From the NCBI RefSeq assembly GCF_009914755.1, contig NC_060925.1: a stretch of 64,000 nucleotides of DNA; one strand, 5' to 3'. This DNA is from the human T2T-CHM13v2.0 reference genome, Homo sapiens. Numbering within the stretch: the first letter of the stretch is position 1; the number at the start of each line of letters is the position of its first letter. The translations under genes were made by a program, and so were the position numbers. This document shows positions 17,119 to 51,584 of the stretch, piece after piece. The notes below the pieces were generated by a model that was not told the DNA's origin, ran no database searches, and worked only from the letters and a program-made list of their open reading frames with translations.

Positions 17119-17339
17119 TACAGTTGACCACTGAACAAATGTGTGGGTCCACTTATATGCAGATTTTGTTCAACCTAAGGCAGGTGTATTTGCAGGATGT
17201 GAAACCCACAAATATGGAGAACTGACTTTTTATATACCCAAGTTCCCCAGGGATGACTGGGGGACTTGAGTATGTGAGGATTTTGGTGTACTCAGAGGGT
17301 TCTGGATTCAATCCCTCATGTATACTGAGGGACAACTGT
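17119..17339. mobile_element. Tigger2-derived MITE (MER8-like)
   Basis: TIRs TACAGTTGACCACTG ... GAGGGACAACTGT; GGGTCCACTTATATGCAGATTTT. Confidence 0.7.
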
Positions 17340-17599
17340 TAATCTGAATGCACAGACATACAATTACAGAAGATTCAAGATAATATAAATATATACATAT
17401 TTGGAAATTCAAAGTAGGTTATTTTTATTTTTGATGTTAAGTTTTTAGATTTTGTTAATATTATTTAATAAATTATCCTTCCTAAATAGACTTTAGCTAC
17501 TGATTTGTCAGAAATAACTTTTTATTAAAAATAATAAATTTGAAAATGTTTGAAAAGTGTTGGGGAAAATATTTATAATCCCAGCATTAAGACAAATCA

Positions 17600-19560
<1,961 letters not shown>

Positions 19561-20588
19561 CTATGTGAAATTTAAACATTTAAAAGATGTATCTTATTAC
19601 CAGGTCTTCATTAATTTTACACAGACATAATTAATATTATCAGTGAATAAACTTAGCTCTTTGGTTTAGGCCAGGAATTTTCTTTAATTATTACTTCTTT
19701 CATTATTCTGTGAAAGTTAGGGGGCATGCCTATAATTTAAAGGTTGTTTTTGCTTTTTGTTTGTTCTATCATATTATTTTCTTCATCTTTTTCTCTATAC
19801 TTTTGGAGAGTTATGAAATTTGTTCACGTGACCAAGTTTTCTGTAATGTCAGTCATACTCATTTGCACCTCCTCTGGGGATTTGCATTTGGGATTCCTTT
19901 TTGCATATTTCAGGATGCTCTCTCTTCATTCCTCCTCTGTCTCAATTTACTCTTTTTTGGCTAATGAAAATAAAAGATTATTAATCATTTAAACACGTGT
20001 TTGTGCAAGACAGAGTGCTAAGAACTACACAACCATTATCTCATTTAATTCTTACAATTCTGAGCTCCCTAAGCTCCAAATAATTAATTTGCCTAGGATT
20101 CCATAGCTTGTCAATAACAGTGCTAGGCTTTAAATCCAGTTTCTTTGCCTTCAGAACCCATGCTCTTGACAACTATACCAGAGATGTACTTGTGGCCTTC
20201 CTCCCTGCCCATAAGAGAGGTCAGTTTCTTCCAGATCAATATCTGGAGTGAGATAGCCTCTTCAATATTTTGCGTCAATTCCAGTGCCTGCTGGACTAAG
20301 GTACGGGCATCTTCTGCTCCAATTTTTACATTATCTGGCTTTGCTAGAGTCAGACAAATGTTGTTTGCACAAGTCTTGTATTTCTCCAGCAATTCCACTC
20401 TCAATCCATTTGCAAGATTTTCTCTGTGGTGACATCTGAGGGTGCAAAGTTCCACTTCCTCCTTAATCTATAGCTGTACTGAAAACTGAAACCTGTAGTC
20501 TCTAAAATGCATGTGAAAGCAAGGAGCTGAAGGATACTGTGGGGTGGACCTAGACCTCAATTCTAGCTAGTTCAGATGATTTCTGGTT

Positions 20589-20601
20589 AAAAAAAAAAAA
20601 A

Positions 20602-20652
<51 letters not shown>
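20589..20652. repeat. Compound A-run + (GT)n microsatellite (~24 units)
   Basis: Directly visible. Confidence 0.95.
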
Positions 20653-20656
<4 letters not shown>

Positions 20657-21548
20657 GCGGGGGACTTGGTTTTCCAGGCAGTGTACCTCCTGTGTCCCAA
20701 GTTAGAGGCAGTGATTGAGTTGTGGCTTTTTCCTGCCTACTCTGTAGATAATTTGGTTCAACGAATCAAATGATTGACACTTATGTTAGAAATTCCCAGT
20801 GGATTTTGTCACATGGTTTTCTCTTCACTGTCTTGTACTACTGGAGTTTTGTGGGTATTTTTACATGAAGTTGGGAATGAATAAATCAGGGACTGCGATC
20901 TGTAGTTATATTTAGCACATTTAATGAACATCCATATCACATAATTTTGGGATCAGTATTAGACTCACTTTTAACGACACACATGGAGTGTCTCCATGTA
21001 TGACTTAGGGGTCGACATAGACCAAAGTGAACTTACGTTTCTTTCTATAACATTTCCTAGGCCTTGTCCTGGGATGTAGGAAGTTCCCACAGTATAAGCC
21101 CTATGGATTAGCAAAATTGTCATATGACAATTTTTAAATGACTTTTTAAAGCACTGTACTAAAAAAATGAAAGCATTAGAAATGATTGAGCATTGAGCTG
21201 AGGTGTTTTTCTGTTTGCGAGATACGGTCAAGGAGGCGCAAAGAGGTAGGTCAAAGTGACCTGACAGGTTTTGCTGTTCTTGGAAATCGTGCAGAAAAAG
21301 AAAGCTCTTTATACCACAAATTGGGGAAGCCCCTTGGCACACATACAATTTCTTGTCTCAACAGGCGAGTTACGGACATTAAAAAAATGCTAGTTTTTTT
21401 TTTCCCCCTTTCAGAAGCATCCTATTTTTTACCTCTATGGTTAAAGCTACTATGGATGGAGACAGCTAACAAATGCATCAAATGTATGAAATGTGTGACT
21501 GCAAATCCCAAGCTACACTAAGTGCCCTTCCTCTGTGTCTGTCACCCT

Positions 21549-21872
21549 TGTGATGGTTAGTTTTGTGTCAACATAGTCATCATGTGCCACTTACATGTTT
21601 ATACAAAATTATCAGCTGACTTTAAGGAGATGTCCCTCAATAATGCAGGTGGGCCTCATCCAATCAGTTGAAAGCCTTAAGAACAAAAACTAAGGTTTCA
21701 CAGAGAAAGAATTCTGCAAGACTGCAACAATAGAAACTAGTTGTATTTCTAGCCTGCTGGCCTGCCCTACAGATTTTAACTTGCCAGTCCCCATAATTGC
21801 ATGAGCAAATTCTTTCAAATGCATCTCTTAATATATTTTATTGCTTGTTTGTCTGGAGAACCCTGTATGACA
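21549..21872 (+). mobile_element. MLT2 (ERVL) solo LTR, internally shortened
   Basis: TGTGATGGTTAGTTTTGTGTCAAC...GGTGGGCCTCATCCAATCAGTTGAAAGCCTTAA...CTGGAGAACCCTG. Confidence 0.8.
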
Positions 21873-23186
21873 CTCCCTTATATTCTAAAATGTTTTACTT
21901 GGGTCTCATCCTTACTCAACTGTAAGCTCAAGGATATGCACTCTGTCTTATATATCTCTGTATTTTCAAAATCCAACAGGGTGCTTTCTCAGACTCTAGG
22001 TACTCAATAAATACTTGTTGAACTAATGGATGCACAGAATAATCTGTTAGAGAAGCCAGAGGTACAGTGAGCAAGGAAAGCCAGAGGCCTGGAAAGTTAA
22101 ATTTATGGTTTTATATCGACAGCCCACAAAAAAGTCAGCTGAATTTGACTCTCCTAGTCATGTGACCTTTGGTATGTTGATTCACCTTTTTGGGCTCAGG
22201 GTGCTGACCAATTTGGTCTCTAATACATTACATGACTAGGTCACACAAGTCAAAGCAACCAGGAACAGAAATCCAAAAGACTGAGTTAAACAATGTTTGT
22301 TTATTATACAGGTTATTCTCTACTTTTCATCAAGAATGGGCACTGAAGACTATGTAGCAGCCCTAAGGCCACAGGCACCAACCAAGTAGTGAATGCAGTT
22401 GGCTGAAAGTTGGGACAAGACTAAAACCACAGAGATTTATGCAGAGAACATACCCAGTGCTACATCATAAATATGGTAGTTAATGCACACAGTTTGGCTA
22501 GTTTTGGCTTCAAAATTAATTAAACTGTATCAATGTATTTTGAAGTGTTAAGTCATCTGTATGCTTTAGCTCCTTCTATAGATGAGGCAAATATACAAAC
22601 AGATTAAACTGACTTTTACAGAATAATTATTCTTTTACCTTGTTTACATGGAAAGGAATCCTCCATTTTAGGATGCACATAAAATGCCAGCCTATGTTGA
22701 TGACATTGCCTTAACACTTTTTTTTTAAGTAATTTTACAGGGTAGTTAACCTGTAAAAGAAACAGTGGAGAAAATGCTAATAGCAAAAAACACTTCAGCC
22801 ATGGCACATACAACCAGAAGCCAATGATATCCTTCAACTATAGAAATTAGCGGTGTTTTCTGTTTATTCCTGAAGCAGGATTCCATATTCAAGCCAGAAA
22901 TTGTCATTCAACAGAAAAAATCAGGTCAAAACAATCAATCACATAATGTAGCAAGACAAAAGTATGTGCTTATGTGAAGAAAAACAAAAACAACAAATAA
23001 CCGAACTTTTATTTTCTTGAATATAATATTGATGGCAAGATTGCTAAGAGGTCATCCCTGTATTTAGTTTAGATAAAGGCTTCCAGCATAGAACACTGTT
23101 AAGAAGTTACTGTCAGGAGCTATGCAGAAGTGATGAGAGGCAAATAATATAAAAACTAGAAAAGCAGGTTTTAATTTTCTATAGAC

Positions 23187-23192
23187 TTTATT
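23187..23192 (-). terminator. CRYZ: Candidate CRYZ polyadenylation signal AATAAA (3'UTR ~0.8 kb)
   Basis: tttatt on + strand ~790 nt past the stop; ATTAAA just downstream; another AATAAA at ~23483-23488. Confidence 0.55.
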
Positions 23193-23978
23193 ACACATTA
23201 TTATGTTACAAGACAAATGCAGATAATTCTTAATTTATCAAATTTGTGAGCTTAATTAACAAAAATATTTGACCCTCACCAGAAAAACAGATAACTCTAA
23301 ATCTACTCTGAAAATCTAATCAATTGCGAAGTATTACCTATTTGGAGACTATGTATTATATCAAAGATAAAGCTACTATTCTCACAGAACATATGGGGTC
23401 ATTGGCAGCCAACCAATAATGAAGTAAATATTCTAATATTTGGGAAAATACTGAGAAAACTAATAAATTGTCCTGGATATTATTTATTCTTGCCTTTACA
23501 AAAGACTTACACATCCAAATGAGATTAGTTTAGAATAGAGGTTTTTAGTTCAGAAAATGTTCAAAGTCCAATACAGTCATGGCTAATCAGAGACTAGAGA
23601 ACCTTTATAAAGGTAAGTAGGCTTGAAAACCCTTGGAAACTGAGCAGTCTTATTTTGAACTAGCATGTTTTAATCAAAGGTATGGAATTAATCAAATATC
23701 AATTAAGAATTACTGGAATGCACACTCATGCCAAATGACAACTAACATGCTATTTCCTACTATGATGACTCTTTGATTTGAGACAGATGGCATAAAAAAA
23801 TATTGCTAGCTATACAATAAATTTTACTCTTCTGCTTCTGCTCTCTAAAGAAAAATCTTATTTTTTCACATAAGAAGCTCATGGAATCGAATGTTAATTA
23901 AAGAAAAGATAGGGTAAGTACAACTGGGGGAAAGACAGTACCTCTAATTACATAGGAAATCCATGAAAGAATTAATCA

Positions 23979-42502
<18,524 letters not shown>

Positions 42503-42919
42503 GGTGATCTAGATACTAAGGAAGAAAAAAAATTAATGTATTGTCACATTGTATCTAGGATATCACCATGTTTTTCCCCCCTGGAGGGAGCAGATCAAAC
42601 AATTTTTTCAAATAACAATTTAAATCATGAGCTTACCACTGATCTCATTTCATGTTTAAGGACCTTTCATCTTACAAATCCCTCAGCTATAAAGCAGAAT
42701 CCTTCATGCTACTTCCTGCAGGGATTCAGTGCCTTCAACAAAGGAATCAAACATGCAAACAAAAACATCTGGATAGACATAGCATGATACCATATTTAGG
42801 TTTTCTTGCTTGAGTTGCAATACCTTAGAAATTTTATGAGTTGAGTTTTATTAACATTAGGTAAACTGACCTCCTTTTGTTAGATTATGAAACATTCCAA
42901 ACATTTACCTGACACCCAG

Positions 42920-45476
<2,557 letters not shown>

Positions 45477-47066
45477 CCCAGCTTTAACAAATCTTAACAT
45501 TTAAAAAACCTAAACCATTATAGATATAATTGAAGCCAAACCTGCTTCTGTCCCACCCTTTCAAGAGGTGACTATAACCATAAATTTAGTACTCATCATT
45601 CTCAAGCATTTAATACCACTTCTACATGAGTATGTAATATTAAACAATATGTGTTATTGTTTTGCATGTTTTCAAACTTTATTTACACAGTTTAGGGAAT
45701 ATAAAAATCTCAGAAACTTAGTGCTGAAAGGAAAAAGAAAATTCTGATTTGAAAAAGAATTCTACAATTCGCTATTTCCTTTCAGCATTAAGTTTTTGAG
45801 ATTTATCAATGTCAAAACACTTGGCTTTATGTAGTTCATTCATTTTAACAAAAGGGGAAAAACATCAAAAAACTAAAAACAGTGCACCATATGCAATCTT
45901 TTATAAATTACAAGGTCACAGCTAACCTTTCTGTCCTATCACTGTTAATACCAAATGAAATGAAAACTCAGAGTTCAAATAACCTAGAAAAAAGCAAAGA
46001 ATATTTGTACAGAAAGTTATATAATCTTAGAAAAATTTTTGTACCTGTAAAGATGTAATGAAAGGTTTTGACTATATCCCCATAATTTTATCTGTGGGTT
46101 ATAATTTCTTGAAATCAACCAAATAGTGTTAGATTCTGCCATCACCTAAAACATCTGCCTCAACCACAAGAAGTTTAAACATTAAGAAGAGCTGCAGAAA
46201 CCAGGACCTGATATGAAAGAATTCAGACTTTTACTGTATCAAAACTCCACACAGGACTACTCAGAACAGAGCCCATACAGGCTATAAAATGTCATTCCAC
46301 ATTTCCACATACAGCAGCTGGGGCAAGGGGTGGAATCATAAGTATTTTGGTAGTGTTATTGATGGGAAGTTCTTGATATAATTAATCAAAAGTTTGTGCC
46401 ATTTTAAAACCCTTAAAAGGATTTAACAATGTCTAGCACAAAGGAGAAAGTGACATTTCCAAAGGTTGTTTAGCAATGACATATCCTCAAGGGTGGTCCT
46501 CGGGGAAAAACAGAGGCAGAAGCAGGCCTACGGCATAAACACTGCACTTTAGAACAGCTTGGCAGTCTCTGACGGGGAGATGATCTGTCAGAGGGCAGGG
46601 CTGGGAAAAAAACAGTCCAGTCCTACTCAGCAATCTCACCACTCTACTTCCATTCAGGTCTTCACTCTAGCTCAGAATTCCTTAGACAAGAAAGTGAAAG
46701 TATCAAGAAAATAAAAAAGAAAAAGGTAGCCCAGATGAGAATTTTCCATGGTGGATATAAGAACATAGAGGTTGTTTTTGTTTTGTTTTTTTTTTTTCAA
46801 CATGACGTTACGGAAAGAGCAGGTTTTGGAATATGCAGCTCGAGGTGTGAGTCCCAGCTCTATCATGTGGGAGCCACATGGCCTTGGGCAAGGCAGTCAA
46901 CCTCTTGATGCTGTTTCCTCATCTGAAATCTGGGATCCCACTCAGAGTTACGTGCTAGAGACGTGGCAAGCACCAAGCACAGAACTTAGCAAACACATGA
47001 TCTTGTATATAGTAGACATCATTATTGTTTTCCCCTCTATTCTTCTTTTCAATTTCTGAATCATAA

Positions 47067-47313
47067 GGATTGCCTGAGCCTAGGAGATCAAGGCCAGCCT
47101 GGGCAACATGGCGAAATGCCATCTCTACAAAAAAAAAAAAAAAAAATTATCTAGGTGTGGTGGCAAGCACCAGTGGTCCCAGCTACTCAGAAGGCTGAGG
47201 TGGGAGGATCGCTTGAGCCCAGGAGATCAGGATGCAGTGAGCCATGATCCTGCCACTGCACCACTCCAGCCTGGGTGACAGAGTGAGACCCTGTCTCAAA
47301 AAAAAAAAAAAAA
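47067..47313 (+). mobile_element. AluJ (5'-truncated), preceded by a MIR at ~46810-47030
   Basis: GGATTGCCTGAGCCTAGGAG..GGATCGCTTGAGCCCAGGAG..GACCCTGTCTCAAAA. Confidence 0.85.
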
Positions 47314-49685
47314 GCAGCAGACTAGAGAAGTCATTAAAATGTTATGAAAAAAATATACTCTATAGTTCTATAATCATCTTTAATATAACGATATTTACAG
47401 AACTCTGGTTATCAAAACAAGCTCTTATTCTCAAAGAATTCGGTCTAGAAGATGACTTAAACAAAACATTAATACTAAATATTGGTTGTTATGCAATGCG
47501 TATTTTTCTGAACCTTAACTGTACATGAAGTGGTGTGTTAAACTCAGAGAACACAAAGAGCAAGAAGAAAATGCCCCACCCTGCCCCTAGCTTCTGTAAG
47601 CTGGGTGCTCTCTCTCTCTCTCTCACACCTACACACATAGCCTATGAGATGCTTGCTTTTTCCATTTTCGATATCTACCTACTTCCTACATATTTCTTTC
47701 ACTCACATCTCATGATTACCATAAAAAAACTGTTGTAATAATAAAAGTAAAATTACTCTGAAATAGGATCTGTATCTTCCCCCCCCCACATTTTGGCATT
47801 GGCTAAGTTGGGAGAAAGGAATAAAGGAAGATGACTCATCCTACTGGATTTGGAAGACTCATCTGCTTTGCCCAGTACTATCTGACTACATTATCCTATC
47901 AGGCTTGAAAGTGATGGGGCATGGCCTGACCACACTATCTCCTACTTTGCTTCTGTTGATCTTATCTCCCACTGAGCCTTTAGCATTCTGATTCATCAGG
48001 CTCCAACCTGCACTCATTGCCTTTGAACTCACCTATCCACGGGATCATCATATGCTTCATAACGATGAAGCCTGTCAAAGGAGATTACACAAAGAATAAA
48101 ATAACGTGGCATACTGATGGCAAATAGGATAATACTTAAAATCCTGTAATACCGGATTTCTTCTAAAAAGCATAAGTCTTCCACCTCCATTGACTTAACT
48201 GTTTTCAGAACAGGTAGAGAAGTTATTTAAACTATTATTTTATGCAGAAGTAAAAATAAAATCGCCATCCATTTTATGGATGAGAAAACATCACAAGAGG
48301 TTAAGAGACTTGGTCAGGGTCACACGGAAGCAAAGCTAGAACCCAAGTCCTGTAATTAAATGGTGTTAGCTGATTTTTTTCTTTACCATCCTTTTCATCT
48401 CACCCTTTGAGATGCTGGCATATAAGACCCTTTACTTCGTAGAAATAAACTTTACAATAGTGATAGTGAGACAGATTGAGCTAGAAAATGTGAAATCAAA
48501 CTAACCTGCAGGTAGAATCGCATATTTTATGACTAAGGCATCTGCTTAGAGTTTGAAATTTCTCAAATGCCCACTAAGTCAGGGAATGCAGCAGAAATAC
48601 AAAGGACATGATTCTATTTTTAAAAATGTATAAAAAAAAATTACTCCCTAGCATCGGATCCTTGTGAACAGGACAGGCCTTTCCATTGCTTGTGCTTTTT
48701 AATTAAACTATACTTCAAATAGGCCTTCCTGTTTATCAAATATAAACTTTTAAAAATTAAGAGTCCCTTGGTTTAATTTTTGGTTTAATTTTACCTCTGA
48801 AAGGTTGCCAATATGCCTTACAAATCTAGGAAATAGAAAATCTAAAATCCCTCTTCCAACAGTGATCTTTTTCCTGGCTATGCTTGTATCCATTTGATTT
48901 AAACGAAAATTAAAGGAATTGGGAAAATGTTAGGAGTATATTTTAACATAGGATGAACAGATCAAGTCACAAAGCCAGAGCAAAGGAACATTATGAGACA
49001 AGAGCAAAAGTAAAATTAAATAAGAATTCTGGCAAGAATTTTAAAAACTGAAAACTTAGAAAAAAAATCAATCATTACAAATTGTTCTGCTGCTAATACA
49101 CAATGACTCATGTAAGCATATGGTTTATTATTAACCCAGAAATGTAAAAAAGGCAAGAATTACAAGTGGTCAGAGAAAGTCTCTTCCTGGCTGTGTGATC
49201 TTATCAGGTCACTTCTGTTCACTTGAGATAGGACGGGGTAAGAAGAGGGGAGGAGTTTAATAATTTCGGACTCCTCCAGGTTCCATGATCGTATGGAACA
49301 GGGCAGTCTGTTCCCTAATGCTGGAGGAGTAGAGCTTGGAGAGATTTGCTGCTGAACTCGCTGCGCTAACCAGACACGTAATCACAGTGGCTTCAGAGGG
49401 ACTCGCACAACAATTTCCATTAGCTACGGACAAGCATTCCAAACTTTAGCCTTTAGGTTTAATCATTGACACACCTTCCCTGGTCACTGAGTCTCCTCTG
49501 GAAACTCAGTATAAACATCCAACGATGTGTTAACAGGGTGTTTTGTAATTTTCTTTTGAAGATTATTCTAGGTGGTGGGCGTCACAGGGTCAATAAAACT
49601 ATACATTTCTCTCAAAGACTGCAATCCTGATGGCAAAGCTGGAGGAAGCTCCGGGAAACCTGTAATTGTGGGAATCCAAGACAAA

Positions 49686-50169
49686 AAATCCCCCACAGCT
49701 GGGCTGTGGGAAGGGGCCCTACCTAGGAGAAGAAATCAAATCCCCTACAGCTGGGCTGTGCGAAGGGGCACTACCTAGGAGAAGAAATCCCCTACAGCTG
49801 GGCTGTGGGAAGGAGCCCTACCTAGGAGAAATCCCCTACAGCTGACAGGTGGGCTGTGGGAAGGGGCCCTACCTAGGAGAAGAAATCAAATCCCCTACAG
49901 CTGGGCTGTGCGAAGGGGCACTACCTAGGAGAAGAAATCCCCCACAGCTGGGCTGTGGGAAGGAGCCCTACCTAGGAGAAATCCCCTACAGCTGACAGGT
50001 GGGCTGTGGGAAGGGGCCCTACCTAGGAGAAGAAATCAAATCCCTACAGCTGGGCTGTGCGAAGGGGCCCTACCTAGGAGAAGAAATCCCCTACAGCTGG
50101 GCTGTGGGAAGGGGCCCTACCTAGGACAAATCCTCTACAGCTGAGAGCTGGGCTGTGGGAAGGGGCCCT
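49686..50169. repeat. GC-rich minisatellite/VNTR, ~10 monomers of 44-59 bp arranged as a 150-bp higher-order unit
   Basis: Core AAATCCCCTACAGCTGGGCTGTGGGAAGGGGCCCTACCTAGGAGAAG; equivalent positions at 49738, 49888 and 50038. Confidence 0.95.
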
Positions 50170-50596
50170 GGACAGACCGCTGGGCGCTGCTGCAGGAATC
50201 CCCAAACCCAGGCACTGGCTGCAGGGAAAAATCAAGCGGGTGACTGGCGGGGGGGGTGCAGCGTGGGGCTGGGGGACAGGGAGTGCGGGGGGCGGAGGCT
50301 GGGCAGGGGTAGTGCCAACGGACACCTCATGGTGTGGTAGCCTAAACTCAGAGCCTAAACGCAGGACCAGGGCTAGGAGCCCAGGACCAGAAGGCAAAAC
50401 TTCCTACCTGATTTATGGATGGGAACTTGCAGCCCCTGGAGGGGAATGGCTTCGGTCTGGAGCTCTACGCACTAGTTCTCTGGGAGGACAGAGGGCAGGA
50501 AAGGGGTGCAGCCAAAATCAAACTCGGTTCCACTTGGACGAGCAGTGGGGAGATTCGCTGTCTAAACAACTAAGGAGAGTTTTTAAAACCACTTAC

Positions 50597-50700
50597 CAGA
50601 ATCTAGAGTGGGAATTAAAATCTGCGTGGGCTTCTTCAGATTCCACAGAAATGAGGACTGCCACACCTTCTCCAACTTTTGCAGGCTCCACCCAGGCTGT
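50597..50700 (-). other. CRYZ: CRYZ non-coding exon 1 (5' end approximate)
   Basis: Strong donor CTG|GTAAGT at 50597/50596, within the CpG-rich region and divergent from TYW3. Confidence 0.8.
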
Positions 50701-50739
50701 GCGCCTCGCTCCACCCAGGCTGTGCGCCTCTCTCCACCC
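50685..50739. repeat. 23-bp tandem duplication (2 full copies + partial) in promoter
   Basis: GCTCCACCCAGGCTGTGCGCCTC at 50685 and 50708, partial TCTCCACCC at 50731. Confidence 0.9.
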
Positions 50740-50885
50740 CTAGGCGAAGGCACTAGAATTTCCCAAATTAAGAACGAAGAGGAAGTTTGGACCTTTTCGG
50801 CCACCGCTCGCTTCAATATGGCTGCCCCCAGGGAGAGACGAGGCTACCATGAAGGAGCCGAGCGCAGACCCTGAGTCCGTCACCC

Positions 50886-51059
50886 ATGGATCGCAGCGCG
50901 GAGTTCAGGAAATGGAAGGCGCAATGTTTGAGCAAAGCGGACCTCAGCCGGAAGGGCAGTGTTGACGAGGATGTGGTAGAGCTTGTGCAGTTTCTGAACA
51001 TGCGAGATCAGTTTTTCACCACCAGCTCCTGCGCTGGCCGCATCCTACTCCTTGACCGG
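50886..51059 (+). CDS. TYW3: TYW3 exon 1 coding part (M1-R58), tRNA wybutosine-synthesizing protein 3
   Basis: [30 protein letters not shown]...[16 protein letters not shown]; TYW3 motifs DxSxKGSVD and TTSSCAGR; donor CGG|GTGAGG. Confidence 0.97.
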
Positions 51060-51214
51060 GTGAGGCCCCTTTGCGCCTGTCCATCGCCTGCCTTCTAGTG
51101 CGAAACTTTAGGAGCCCTGTTCCCATCCAGTGACGACCGGATCCAGCATGTCTGTGTTTGCTCCTCTGAGAGGTGGTCTCTGTTTCTTTATATGTGAAAT
51201 TTAGGGGATTAGAT

Positions 51215-51380
51215 CAGTGCTTCTAAAAGTTTAACATGGCTATTAATCAGCTGAGGATCTTTTAAAATACAGATCCCGATTCTTTAAGTGTAGGGTAGGG
51301 CCTGATACTGTGCATTTCTAACAAGTGCCCAAATGATGTTGAAACTGCTGACCTGGGAACTATCTTGTGTGGCAAAGTTT
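51215..51380. mobile_element. MER5 (hAT-Charlie)
   Basis: CAGTGCTTCTAAAAG...TGCATTTCTAACAAG..ATGATGTTGA..CTGCTG. Confidence 0.7.
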
Positions 51381-51584
51381 AGAAAATTTGATTTTATTAT
51401 ATGAATACTAAGGGAATCTAAAGACTTTGTAGCTTGCTAAGGTATTGAATGCCGGAATCCGCTCATCAACAGCTCTGGCAAATCATTGTTACTGCATGCT
51501 TGAACATCACCAGTGTTAAGGAGTTTACTGCCTCCTAGTGAGCCCCTCCATTATTACAACTCTAGTAGTTTCACGCAGAGAAAA

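Larger units (their letters stand above)
50170..51140. promoter_or_regulatory. CpG island / bidirectional CRYZ-TYW3 promoter
   Basis: GC- and CpG-rich against an AT-rich background; ETS-like GAGGAAGT (~50779), YY1-like CAATATGGCTGC (~50814), CCACCC boxes; first exons of two divergent genes within ~300 bp. Confidence 0.88.

Noticed and set aside
20123-21521. Several 95-125 aa ORFs downstream of CRYZ
   Set aside because: No recognisable domains, no coherent splice structure, overlapping on both strands; consistent with chance ORFs.
49686-50169. CRISPR-like appearance of the repeat array (palindromic CCTAGG/CAGCTG, regular spacing)
   Set aside because: No unique spacers, monomers are contiguous, context is a human intron and there are no cas genes; it is a minisatellite.
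50074-50874. Long overlapping ORFs (107-167 aa) around the promoter
   Set aside because: Stop-codon depletion in a GC-rich CpG island, mostly non-ATG starts, no homology recognised.
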